Source: Anthoceros angustus
Lineage: Eukaryota > Plantae > Anthocerotophyta
Direction of reading: 5' to 3'
NCBI GenBank assembly: GCA_010909165.1
Contig: MU008162.1
Location: 434,001-498,000 of the forward strand
Length of the DNA stretch: 64,000 bases
The notes under the pieces were generated by a model that was not told the origin of the DNA, searched no databases, and saw only the letters and a program-made list of their open reading frames with translations. How positions within the stretch are numbered: position 1 is the stretch's first letter; each line of letters begins with the position of its first letter. Positions 14,109 through 27,200 of this stretch are shown here, piece after piece. A program made the position numbers and the translations under genes.

Positions 14109-14509
14109 GAGCTTCCACTGGCGTCTGCTTTCAAATCCGAGCCCCCGATCCCACTTCACATGACGGCTAGCAACCGCTGACCCCCATACTAAAGCTAGAT
14201 TCAAAATCAAGGGTGCACCAAACCGTGGCAAAAAATGAACCCCTTTTATCACCACTCACCCCGGTCAATGACCACTATCTTGCCGCTTTTCACCTACGAA
14301 GGTTAGTTCTCACCTCGCGATTAATTTTCCTACTAGGATTTTACAGAGTAGACATTTTTCATATTCATTCCCATATATTTAAAACTCCATCAATTTCATA
14401 TTTCATTAAATATCATCAAATATTATTTTCCATAATTATTTTATCCTAAGCTCAAAATTTACTCAAGAAGTAAATCAGCTTTAATTTTTACTGGGGAATC
14501 ATTGTCCAT

Positions 14510-15210
14510 ATTTTCTTTTGCTAGTTCTATAGCCCTCAACGCTGTCTACAACTTTGCTTCACATTGTATAGTGTAAACACGAATTGAAGGTGAAGCGAAA
14601 TCCTTGTACTGAAACTATTTACGAAGTTTGTCATTTTATATCTCCTTCATGAAAAATCCAATGAAGATGAAACTTGGTCCGTGTACTTCGTACTACTTTT
14701 GAGACTTTTAAAAAAAAGTCTATTACTATTGTCATGTGAGATATTTCAAATTCCTCTAAAGGTGACAAAAGTGACACGTCTTTGTTTCCTTGTACCCTTT
14801 GTTAGTGAATACTCAAACCATGCATGCACCCAGGTCCTAGGTTACTTATGTTCTTCTTTGCTAGTTCTATAGCCCTCAACACTATCTACAACTTTGCTTC
14901 ACATTGTATAGTGAAAACACGACTTGAAGGTCCTCATTTTCAAATCCTTGTACTGAAACTATTTACGAAGTTTGTCATTTTATATCTCCTTCATGAAAAC
15001 TCCAATGACAATAAAACTTGGTCCATGTACTTCATACTACTTTTTGAGACTTTTAAAAAAAAGAAAGTCTATTACTATTGTCATGTGTGAGATATTTCAA
15101 ATTCCTCTAAAGGTGACAAAAAGTGACACGTTGCCCTTGTTTCGTCTGTTACCACTGTTAGTGAATACTCAAACCATGCATGCACCCAGTCCTAGGTTAC
15201 TTATGTTCTT
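14510..15210. repeat. AT-rich tandem duplication (~340 bp)
   Basis: TTGCTAGTTCTATAGCCCTCAAC at ~14518 and ~14858 with collinear continuation. Confidence 0.85.
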
Positions 15211-18200
15211 CTTGTTTCTCTTCCACCGAAGATGAAATGAGTCCATCTAATATAATGTAGGCCTTTCAATCTTCTTGCATGTGACATTGTCAAGAATATG
15301 TGACTTTACGTGGGAGCTTAGTTGCTCCGCAATTTCTTGCAAGGTTCCCTCATGGCGGCCTCGACCCTATGATGTCCTCTATTAGATGGGCTCTCTCCAT
15401 CATCTCTCTACCTCAATTTTAAAGCTTCATCTATTGAGGCTAGTATTTTCGAGCAAAATCGCTGATTTCGGTGAAGGCACAAAAGATTTATGTGACAATA
15501 AGTAGTTGTTTGCATGTGTCAAGCTGGTGGTATGCCAAATCATGTCCAATTTCGCCGGCGTTACAGCGATGTGTTGTAAGGGTTGTAGAACCCAAAGGTG
15601 GGCTTCCTTTTCAAACTCTTCTCAAGTTTTATTTGGTTATCGAACCAATAAGTGCGCTTCTTTATTTGCGAGTATCCTTGCGTTTGATGGGGCGGTAGGT
15701 ACCGATGGGACATGATCCCAAACATCACGCCTGCTTCAAAGAGACTCCGCTTTCAAAGAGACTCAGAGAAAACCATATATATAAGCCAATCTAATATTAT
15801 TATATTACATAGTCAAAGTAAAAGATTAATATGCTTATGTTCAGGAGAGTTGCATGAAAGAAGGTATGAAGCAAGAAGGATGAGATCCACTTTCTAGCGT
15901 GAGAGCATATTACACACGGATACCTTGATAGGGAGGGAGCATGAAGGTGTTTGATCATTTGGTGAGGCTTGAGACGTCGAACAACCAATACATAAACAAG
16001 TGAGGACTATACATCGGATGTTCTAAATTGTGAGAAGACTCAACATCACATTTCTTGCAAGGCGCCCATAGTTGCCTTGCTACAGTAGTCAAAAGTTCAT
16101 TGACACCATCGTGATCATAAAGGATACCTTGAATAACTCACTGCCGAGAAAGGAATCGCCGTATCACAGACGGAAGGTCCATGTCTAATCCTCCATGAAT
16201 TTTTTTGAAATAGTAGAAAAATAAATATGTAACGGTCTCCTCACGGCTTTTATCAATCCTTTCAATTAAAAGGACAAATTACGTTATTCCTCGATGGTAT
16301 GCTCTTCAACGAAGATATTCCTTGATGGTCTATTTAGACCGATCCCTTAGATGCGACTGTTAATTGTGGAGCATAAAGTTTGGGCATTCTTTGAGAACAT
16401 GGAGAAAGAATTGTAAGAAGCTGCCAAGATTCTAGTAAGAATGTTCAAATTCCTTTTGATTTTGAGGATTTACCCGAGTAAAATGTAGACTAGAATCACC
16501 TAGCGATATCCAAATTCTAGAAGGTGACCGCATCTCGAGACGCACCGGATCGTCTCGTAGGAGGCCCGTAAGAGGTCTAACACTCATAAATTTTTAACCT
16601 ATGGTGGGCGGTTGGAGACTTAACGCATTTTTGGCCAAACCAGAGGAGGATAAGTAGATAGGTAGGTAGGTTTGAATATTTTAGGAGGAATATCTAACAT
16701 ATATAGCGAGCATCGGAGGTGAGGAATGCGAGACCCAAGGAAGAAGTTTCCTTGGACTTTAGGCGCGGCCAAGGTGTAGGAAGCCTCCTTGACACCAATC
16801 TTCTCCGACATGCCGATTAGACTGGTCGGGCTGCAAAACTTGGAGCGGCCATCCCACCATCTCGCCATGGCCGCACGCAGCATGCCCGGAACTCGACCCT
16901 CGACATCCACTGGGATCTTGCACTCCCTCGGGATGAGTCTTGGTGCCGATCCGCATCAGCCTTGGCCTGACTCCGAGTCGGGGTGTGTTAGGGACCCTCG
17001 CGAGCCAATCAATCACCGCATCGGCCCTCTTCCTCCTCTCGCCTCCCGCCAGGACCTCCTCTTCCTCGCCGGTGATGCTCCCTTCCGGTGATGCTATGGC
17101 ATTCAAGACTTTCACATCTTCCACGATCTGGGCACGATGCAGGCTGGGGCGAGGTGACGGCGGGACATGATCCCAAACATCACGCCTGCTTTCAAAGAGA
17201 CTCCGCTTTCAAAGAGACTGTAGAAAACCATATATATAAGCCAATCTAATATTATTATATTACATAGTCAAAGTAAAAGATTAATATGCTTATGTTCGTG
17301 AGAGTTGCATGAAAGAAGGTATGAAGCAAGAAGGATGAGATCCACTTTCTAGCGTGAGAGCATATGTCACACACGGATACCTTGATAGGGAGGGAGCATG
17401 AAGGTGTTTGATCATTTGGTGAGGCTTGAGAGACGCCCCGAACAACCAATACATAAACAAGTGAGGACTATACATCGGATGTTCTAAATTGTGAGAAGAC
17501 TCAACATCACATTTCTTGCAAGGCGCCCATAGTTGCCTTGCTACAGTAGTAAAAAGTTCATTGACACCATCGTGATCATAAAGGATACGCGAATAACTCA
17601 CTGCCGAGAAAGGAATCGCCATATGCGAGAGGAAGGTCCATGTCTAATCCTCCACCGAATTTTTTTGAAATAGTAGAAAAATAAATATGTAACGGTCTCC
17701 TCGGCTTTTATCAATCCTTTCAATTAAAAGGACAAATTACGTTATTCCTCGATGGTATGCTCTTCAACGAAGATATTCCTTGATGGTCTATTTAGACCGA
17801 TCCCTTAGATGCGATTCAATTGTGGAGCATAAAGTTTGGGCATTCTTTGAGAACATGGAGAAAGAATTGTAAGCTGCCAAGATTCTAGTAAGAATGTTCA
17901 AATTCCTTTTGATTTTGAGGATTTACCCGAGTAAAATGTAGACTAGAATCACCTAGGTGATATCCAGGTCCTAGAAGGCAACCGCATCTCGAGACGCTGC
18001 ATCGTCTCGTAGGAGGCCCGTAAGAGGTCTAACACTCATAAATTTTTAACCTATGGTGGGCGTTGGAGACTTAACGCATTTTTGGCCAAACCGTAGGAGG
18101 ATAAGTAGATAGGTAGGTAGGTTTGAATATTTTAGGAGGAATATCTAACATATATAGCGAGCATCGGAGGTGAGGAATGCGAGACCCAAGGAAGAAGTTT

Positions 18201-21200
18201 CCTTGGACTTTGGGCGCAGCCGTGTAGGAAGCCTCCTTGACACCAATCTTCTCCGACATGCCGATTAGACTGGTCGGGCTGCAAAACTTGGAGCGCCATC
18301 CCACCATCTCGCCATGGCCGCACGCAGCATGCCCGGAACTCGACCCTCGACATCCGCACTGGGATCTTGCACTCCCTCGGGATGAGTCTTGGTGCCGATC
18401 CGCATCAGCCTTGGCCTGACTCCGAGTCGGGGTGTGTTAGGGACCCTCGCGAGCCAATCACACTCACCGCTGCCCCTCTTCCTCCTCTCCGGCGCCTCCC
18501 AGGACCTCCTCGGTTTCCTCCCGCCCACCGATGCTCCACCGATGCTATGGCGGCATTCAAGACTTTCACATCTTCCACGATCCGGGGCACGATGCAACTG
18601 GGGCAAGGGGTGGTGGAGGAGGAGCCGACACCGGAGCTGGAGCTCTTGGCCTCGGAGGTCCGTGGAAAACCAACCTTGCAAATGGCAAGTTCCTATACAT
18701 GTGGACTTGTGCGGTTGTCATGAAATTTAACATGGGATCAAACGGAATATAGCTTGGTTATCACGCGTAATATAAGAAAATGCTAAACCATTGCATGAAG
18801 TATCTATTTTCAAATAAGGAACTTGTTAATCTCGATTATAATATATACGTTAATCTACATACATGGACAACATCTCTTGTTGTCGAGGGTGGATTCTTCC
18901 TCTCCTATGGACCGGAGTAATTGGAATAACGAGATTGAACTAGTGTTTGATGTTGTCAAGTTTGATTCCTCCTTTTCATAGTTTTCAATCTCGATACACA
19001 AAATGAGATTGATAACTAGATTGGAAAAAAACTAGGCAAAGATTAAGTTGTAAATAAAGGTGAGAAGAGTAAGACCCTCTATACAAAATCTTGTTATTTA
19101 ATATATATATTATCTATTAAGTAGCCAATGTTTGTCCGATGAAGTTACTTTGAAATAGTAGAAAAATAAATATGTAACGGTCTCCTCGGCTTTTATCAAT
19201 CCTTTTCAATTAAAAGGACAAATTACGTTATTCCTCGATGGTATGCTCTTCAACGAAGATATTCCTTGATGGTCTATTTAGACCGATCCCTTAGATGCGA
19301 TTCAATTGTGGAGCATAAAGTTTGGGCATTCTTTGAGAACATGGAGAAAGAATTGTAAGCTGCCAAGATTCTAGTAAGAATGTTCAAATTCCTTTTGATT
19401 TTGAGGATTTACCCGAGTAAAATGTAGACTAGAATCACCTAGGTGATATCCAGTCTAGAAGGCAACCGCATCTCGAGACGCTGCATCGTCTCGTAGGAGG
19501 CCCGTAAGAGGTCTAACACTCATAAATTTTTAACCTATGGTGGGCGTTGGAGACTTAACGCATTTTTGGCCAAACCGTAGGAGGATAAGTAGATAGGTAG
19601 GTAGGTTTGAATATTTTAGGAGGAATATCTAACATATATAGCGAGCATCGGAGGTGAGGAATGCGAGACCCAAGGAAGAAGTTTCCTTGGACTTTGGGCG
19701 CAGCCGTGTAGGAAGCCTCCTTGACACCAATCTTCTCCGACATGCCGATTAGACTGGTCGGGCTGCAAAACTTGGAGCGCCATCCCACCATCTCGCCATG
19801 GCCGCACGCAGCATGCCCGGAACTCGACCCTCGACATCCGCACTGGGATCTTGCACTCCCTCGGGATGAGTCTTGGTGCCGATCCGCATCAGCCTTGGCC
19901 TGACTCCGAGTCGGGGTGTGTTAGGGACCCTCGCGAGCCAATCACACTCACCGCTGCCCCTCTTCCTCCTCTCCGGCGCCTCCCAGGACCTCCTCGGTTT
20001 CCTCCCGCCCACCGATGCTCCACCGATGCTATGGCGGCATTCAAGACTTTCACATCTTCCACGATCCGGGGCACGATGCAACTGGGGCAAGGGGTGGTGG
20101 AGGAGGAGCCGACACTGGAGCGGAGCTCTTGCTCCTCGCGGAGGTCCGTGGAAAACCAACCTTGCAAATGGCAAGTTCCTATACATGTGGACTTGTGCGG
20201 TTGTCATGAAATTTAACATGGGATCAAACGGAATATAGCTTGGTTATCACGTAATATAAGAAAATGCTAAACCATTGCATGAAGTATCTATTTTCAAATA
20301 AGGAACTTGTTAATTATCCGATTATAATATGTACGTTAATCTACATACATGGACAACATCTCTTGTTGTCGAGGGTGGATTCTTCCTCCTATGGACCGGA
20401 GTAATTGGAATAACGAGATTGAACTAGTGTTTGATGTTGTCAAGTTTGATTCCTCCTTTTCATAGTTTTCAATCTCGATACACAAAATGAGATTGATAAC
20501 TAGATTGGAAAAAAACTAGGCAAAGATTAAGTTGTAAATAAAGGTGAGAAGAGTAAGACCCTCTATACAAAATCTTGTTATTTAATATATATATTATCTA
20601 TTAAGTAGCCAATGTTTGTCCGATGAAGTTACTTTGGAAATAAATAAATATTTGGTTCTAACAAACAATACAAGACACCTATGGCTACATTAAAGTGGTT
20701 TTGGTGGGAGTACTAGGTTACTTATGTTCTTCTTGTTTCTCTTCCACGAAGATGAAATGAGTCCATCTAATATAATGTAGGCCTTTCAATCTTCTTGCAT
20801 GTGACATTGTCACGCAATATGTGACTTTCATTAGGGAGCTTAGTTGCTCCGCAATTCTTGCAAGGTTCAATGACCTCGACCCTATGATGTCCTCTATTAG
20901 ATGGGCTCTCTCCATCATCTCTCTACCTCAATTTTAAAGCTTCATCTATTGAGGCTAGTATTTTCGAGCAAAATCGATTGACGGTGAAGGCACAAAAGAT
21001 TTATGTGACAATAAGTAGTTGTTTGCATGTGTCAAGCTGGTGGTATGCTTGAAATCATGTCCAATTTCGCCAATCGATGTGTTGTAAGGGTTGTAGAACC
21101 CAAAGGTGGGCTTCCTTTTCAAACTCTTCTCAAGTTTTATTTGGTTATCGAACCAATAAGTGCGCTTCTTTATTTGCGGTATCATACTGCGTTTGATGGG

Positions 21201-24200
21201 GCGAGGTGGCCGATGGGACATGATCCCAAACATCACGCTTAGTTTTCAAAGAGAGACCTCGCCGTTTCAAAGAGACCTGTAGGAAAACCATATATATAAG
21301 CCAATCTAATATTATTATATTACATAGTCAAAGTAAAAGATTAATATGCTTATGTTCGGTGAGAGTTGCATGAAAGAAGGTATGAAGCAAGAAGGGATGA
21401 GATCCACTTTCTAGCGTGAGAGCATATGTCACACACGGATACCTTGATAGGGAGGAGCATGAAGGTGTTTGATCATTTGGTGAGGCTTGGAGACGTCGAA
21501 CAACCAATACATAAACAAGTGAGGACTATACATCGATGTTCTAAATTGTGAGAAGACTCAACATCACATTTCTTGCAAGTCGCCCATAGTTGCCTTGCTA
21601 CGAGTAGTCGCAAAAGTTCATTGACACCATCGTGATCATAAAGGATACGCGAATAACTCACCCGCCGAGAAAGGAATCGCCATATGCAGACAGAAGGTCC
21701 ATGTCTAATCCTCCACCGAATTTTTTTGAAATAGTAGAAAATAAATATGTAACGGTCTCCTCGGCTTTTATCAATCCTTTCAATTAAAAGGACAAATTAC
21801 GTTATTCCTCGATGGTATGCTCTTCAACGAAGATATTCCTTGATGGTCTATTTAGACCGATCCCTTAGATCACGATTGCAATTGTGGAGCATAAAAGTTT
21901 GGGCATTCTTTGAGAACATGGAGAAAGAATTGTAAGAAGCTGCCAAGATTCTAGTAAGAATGTTCAAATTCCTTTTGACTTTTGATTTTGAGGATTTACC
22001 CGGTAAAATGTAGGCTAGAATCACCTAGCGGGCGTATCCATCCTAGAAGGCGAACGCATCTCGAGACGCTACCGCGATCGTCTCGTAGGAGGCCCCGTAA
22101 GAGGTCTAACACTCATAAATTTTAACCTATGGTGGGCGGTTGGAACTTAACGCATTTTGGCCAAACCGTAGGAGGATAAGTAGATAGGTAGGTAGGTTTG
22201 AATATTTTAGGAGGGAATATCTAACATATATAGCGGTGCATCGGAGGTGAGGAATCACGAGACCCAAGGAAGAAGTTTCCTTGGACTTTAGCGCCCGGCC
22301 AAGCGGTGGAAGCCTCCTTGACACCAATCTTCTCCGACATGCCGATTAGACGCTGGTGGTGCAAAACTTGGAGCGGCCATCCACCATCTCCGCCATGGCG
22401 ACGCAGTGATGCCGGAACTCACCGACACGCAGACTGGATCTTGCACTCCTCGGGGATGAGTCTTGGTGCCGATCTGCATCAACAGCCCGCTCCAGTCGAG
22501 GGTGTGTTAGGGACCCGGCGAGTCAATCACCTCTTGGGCCCTCTTCCTCCTCTCCGCTGCCTCCCGTAGGACCTCCTCGGTTTCCTCCCGCCAGTGATGC
22601 TCCCTTCCGGTGATGCTATGGCGGCATTCGGCACTTTCACATCTTCCACGATCGGGCACGATGCAGGCGGGGCAGGGGTGGTGGAGGAGGAGCGACACCG
22701 AGCTGGAGCTCTTGCTCCTCGCGGAGGTCCGTGGACGAAAACCAACCTTGCAAATGGCAAGTTCCTATACATGTGGACTTGTGCGTTGTCATGAAATTTA
22801 ACATGGGATCAAAAGCGGAATATAGCTTGGTTATCACGGCGTAATATAAGAAAATGCTAAACCATTGCATGAAGTATCTATTTTCAAATAAGGAACTTGT
22901 TAATTATCCGATTATAATATATACGTTAATCTACATACATGGACAACATCTCTTGTTGTCGAGGGTGGATTCTTCCTCTCCTATGGACCGGAGTAATTGG
23001 AATAACGAGATTGAACTAGTGTTTGATGTTGTCAAGTTTGGATTCCTCCTTTCATAGTTTTCAATCTCGATACACAAAATGAGATTGATAACTAGATTGG
23101 AAAAAAAACTAGGCAAAGATTAAGTTGTAAATAAAGGTGAGAAGACAGTAAGACCCTCTATACAAAATCTTGTTATTTAATATATATATTATCTATTAAG
23201 TAGCCAATGTTTGTCCGATGAAGTTACTTTGGAAATAAATAAATATTTGGTTCTAACAAACAATACAAGACACCTATGGCTACATTAAAGTGGTTTTGGT
23301 GGGAGTACTAGGTTACTTATGTTCTTCTTGTTTCTCTTCCAATCAAGATGAAATGAGTCCATCTAATATAATGTAGGCCTTTCAATCTTCTTGCATGTGA
23401 CATTGCTCGCAATATGTGACTTCGTAGGAGCTTAGTTGCTCCGCAATTTCGCAAGGTTCCCTATGACCTCGACCCTATGATGTCCTCTATTAGATGGGCT
23501 CTCTCCATCATCTCTCCTACCTCAATTTTAAAGCTTCATCTATTGAGGCTAGTATTTTCGAGCAAAATCGGTTGACGGTGAAGGCACAAAGATTTATGTG
23601 ACAATAAGTAGTTGTTTGCATGTGTCAAGCTGGTGGTATGCTTCAAATCATGTCCAATTCGCGGCGTTAGGGAGAGTGTGTAAGGGTTGTAGAACCCAAA
23701 GGTGGGCTTCCTTTTCAAACTCTTCTCAAGTTTTATTTGGTTATCGAACCAATAAGTGCGCTTCTTTATTTGCGGTATCCTTCGCGTTTGATGGGGCGAG
23801 GACGCTGATGGGACATGATCCCAAACATCACGCTTCAAAGAGACTGCCCTGCTTCAAAGAGACACAGAGGAAAACCATATATATAGCCAATCTAATATTA
23901 TTATATTACATAGTCAAAGTAAAAGATTAATATGCTTATGTTCAAGAGTGAGAGTTGCATGAAAGAAGGTATGAAGCAAGAAGGGATGAGATCCACTTTC
24001 TAGCGTGAGAGCATATGTCACACACGGATACCTTGATAGGAGGGAGCATGAAGGTGTTTGATCATTTGGTGAGGCTTGGAGGCGTCCGAACAACCAATAC
24101 ATAAACAAGTGAGGACTATACATCGATGTTCTAAATTGTGAGAAGACTCAACATCACATTTCTTGCAAGTCGCCATAGTTGCCTTGCTACGAGTAGTCGC

Positions 24201-27200
24201 AAAAGTTCATTGACACCATCGTGATCATAAAGGATACGCGAATAACTCACTGAGAAAGGAATCGCCATATGCGAGATGTATGTCCATGTCTAATCCTCCA
24301 CCAATTTTTTTGAAATAGTAGAAAAATAAATATGTAACGGTCTCCTCGGCTTTTATCAATCCTTTCAATTAAAAGGACAAATTACGTTATTCCTCGATGG
24401 TATGCTCTTCAACGAAGATATTCCTTGATGGTCTATTTAGACCGATCCCTTAGATGCGATTCGAATTGTGGAACAAAAAGTTTGGGCATTCTTTGAGAAC
24501 ATGGAGAAAGAATTGTAAGAAGCTGCCAAGATTCTAGTAAGAATGTTCAAATTCCTTTTGATTTTGAGGATTTACCCGAGGTAAAATGTAGACTAGAATC
24601 ACCTAGCGGGGACGATCCAGGTCCTAGAAGGCGCGTCGCATCTCGAGACGCTGGCAGATCGCCTCGTAGGAGGCCCCGTAAGAGGTCTAACACTCATAAA
24701 TTTTTAACCTATGGTGGGCGGGTTGGAGACTTACTTGTATTTTGGCCAAACCGTAGGAGGATAAGTAGATAGGTAGGTAGGTTTGAATATTTTAGGAGGG
24801 AATATCTAACATATATAGCGAGCATCGGAGGTGAGGAATGCGAGACCCAAGGAAGAAGTTTCCTTGGACTTTAGGCAGCCAAGCGGTAGGAAGCCTCCTT
24901 GACACACAATCTTCTCCGACATGCCGATTAGGACTGGTCAGTTGCAAAACTTGGAGCCATCCCACCATCTCCGCCATGGCACGCATGCCGAACTCGACCC
25001 TCGACATGCACTGGGATGCACTCCCTCGGGGATGAGTCTTGGTGCCGATCCCGATCATCAGCCTCACTGAGCTCGGGTGTGTTGGGACCCTCGCCGGCGA
25101 GCCAATCACACTCACTGCCGAGAAAGGAATCGCCATATCAGACGGAAGGTCCATGTCTAATCCTCCAAATTTTTTTGAAATAGTAGAAAAATAAATATGT
25201 AACGGTCTCCTCCTCGGCTTTTATCAATCCTTTCAATTAAAAGGACAAATTACGTTATTCCTCGATGGTATGCTCTTCAACGAAGATATTCCTTGATGGT
25301 CTATTTAGACCGATCCCTTAGATGCGATTGTCGAATTGTGGAACGTAAAAGTTTGGGCATTCTTTGAGAACATGGAGAAAGAATTGTAAGAAGCTGCCAA
25401 GATTCTAGTAAGAATGTTCAAATTCCTTTTGATTTTGAGGATTTACCCGAGTAAAATGTAGGCTAGAATCACCTAGCGGACGTATCCAGGTCCTAGAAGG
25501 CAGATCGCATCTCGAGACGCGCGATCGCCCTCGTAGGAGGCCCCGTAAGAGGTCTAACACTCATAAATTTTTAACCTATGGTGGGCGTTGGAGACTTAAC
25601 GCATTTTGGCCAAACCGTAGGAGGATAAGTAGATAGGTAGGTAGGTTTGAATATTTTAGGAGGGAATATCTAACATATATAGCGGGCATCGGAGGTGAGG
25701 AATGCGAGACCCAAGGAAGAAGTTTCCTTGGACTTTAGGCAGCCAAGCGGTAGGAAGCCTCCTTGACACACAATCTTCTCCGACATGCCGATTAGGACTG
25801 GTCAGTTGCAAAACTTGGAGCCATCCCACCATCTCCGCCATGGCACGCATGCCGAACTCGACCCTCGACATGCACTGGGATGCACTCCCTCGGGGATGAG
25901 TCTTGGTGCCGATCCCGATCATCAGCCTCACTGAGCTCGGGTGTGTTGGGACCCTCGCCGGCGAGCCAATCACACTCACTGCCGAGAAAGGAATCGCCAT
26001 ATCAGACGGAAGGTCCATGTCTAATCCTCCAAATTTTTTTGAAATAGTAGAAAAATAAATATGTAACGGTCTCCTCCTCGGCTTTTATCAATCCTTTCAA
26101 TTAAAAGGACAAATTACGTTATTCCTCGATGGTATGCTCTTCAACGAAGATATTCCTTGATGGTCTATTTAGACCGATCCCTTAGATGCGATTGTCGAAT
26201 TGTGGAACGTAAAAGTTTGGGCATTCTTTGAGAACATGGAGAAAGAATTGTAAGAAGCTGCCAAGATTCTAGTAAGAATGTTCAAATTCCTTTTGATTTT
26301 GAGGATTTACCCGAGTAAAATGTAGGCTAGAATCACCTAGCGGACGTATCCAGGTCCTAGAAGGCAGATCGCATCTCGAGACGCGCGATCGCCCTCGTAG
26401 GAGGCCCCGTAAGAGGTCTAACACTCATAAATTTTTAACCTATGGTGGGCGTTGGAGACTTAACGCATTTTGGCCAAACCGTAGGAGGATAAGTAGATAG
26501 GTAGGTAGGTTTGAATATTTTAGGAGGGAATATCTAACATATATAGCGGGCATCGGAGGTGAGGAATCGAGACCCAAGGAAGAAGTTTCCTTGGACTTTG
26601 GGCGCAGCCGCCAAGGTGTAGGAAGCCTCCTTGAAGACACCAATCTTCTCCGACATGCCGATTAGACGCTGGTCGGGTTGCAAAACTTGGAGCGCCATCC
26701 CACCATCTCCGCCATGGCGCGACGGCATGCCGAACTCGACCCTCGACATCCGACCGATGCCGACTCCTCGGGGATGAGTCTTGGTGCCGATCCCGCATCC
26801 CCGCTCACTCCGAGTCGGGGTGTGTTGGGACCTCGCCGGCGAGCCAATCACACTCATCAGCCCTCTTCCTCCTCTCCGCCTCTGGGTAGGACCTCCTCGG
26901 TTTCCTCCCGCCCGGTGATGCTCCCCGGTGATGCTATGGCGGCATTGACACTTTCACATCTTCCACGATCTGGGCACGATGCAGGGGCAAGGGGTGGTGG
27001 AGGAGGAGGCGACACTGGAGCTCTTGCTCCAAGGAGGTCCGTGGACGAAAAACCAACCTTGCAAATGGCAAGTTCCTATACATGTGGACTTGTGCGGTTG
27101 TCATGAAATTTAACATGGGATCAAAGCGGAATATAGCTTGGTTATCACGGCGTAATATAAGAAAATGCTAAACCATTGCATGAAGTATCTATTTTCAAAT

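Noticed and set aside
13844-14255. Cys-Gly, Val-Arg and Ala-Gly repeat ORFs suggesting a metallothionein-like peptide
   Set aside because: Produced by a hexamer microsatellite open in all frames.
2499-14257. GAGTGGTGA at 2499 as left TIR matching ..TCACCACTC at 14257
   Set aside because: Only 9 bp match before divergence, and the flanks show no target duplication.
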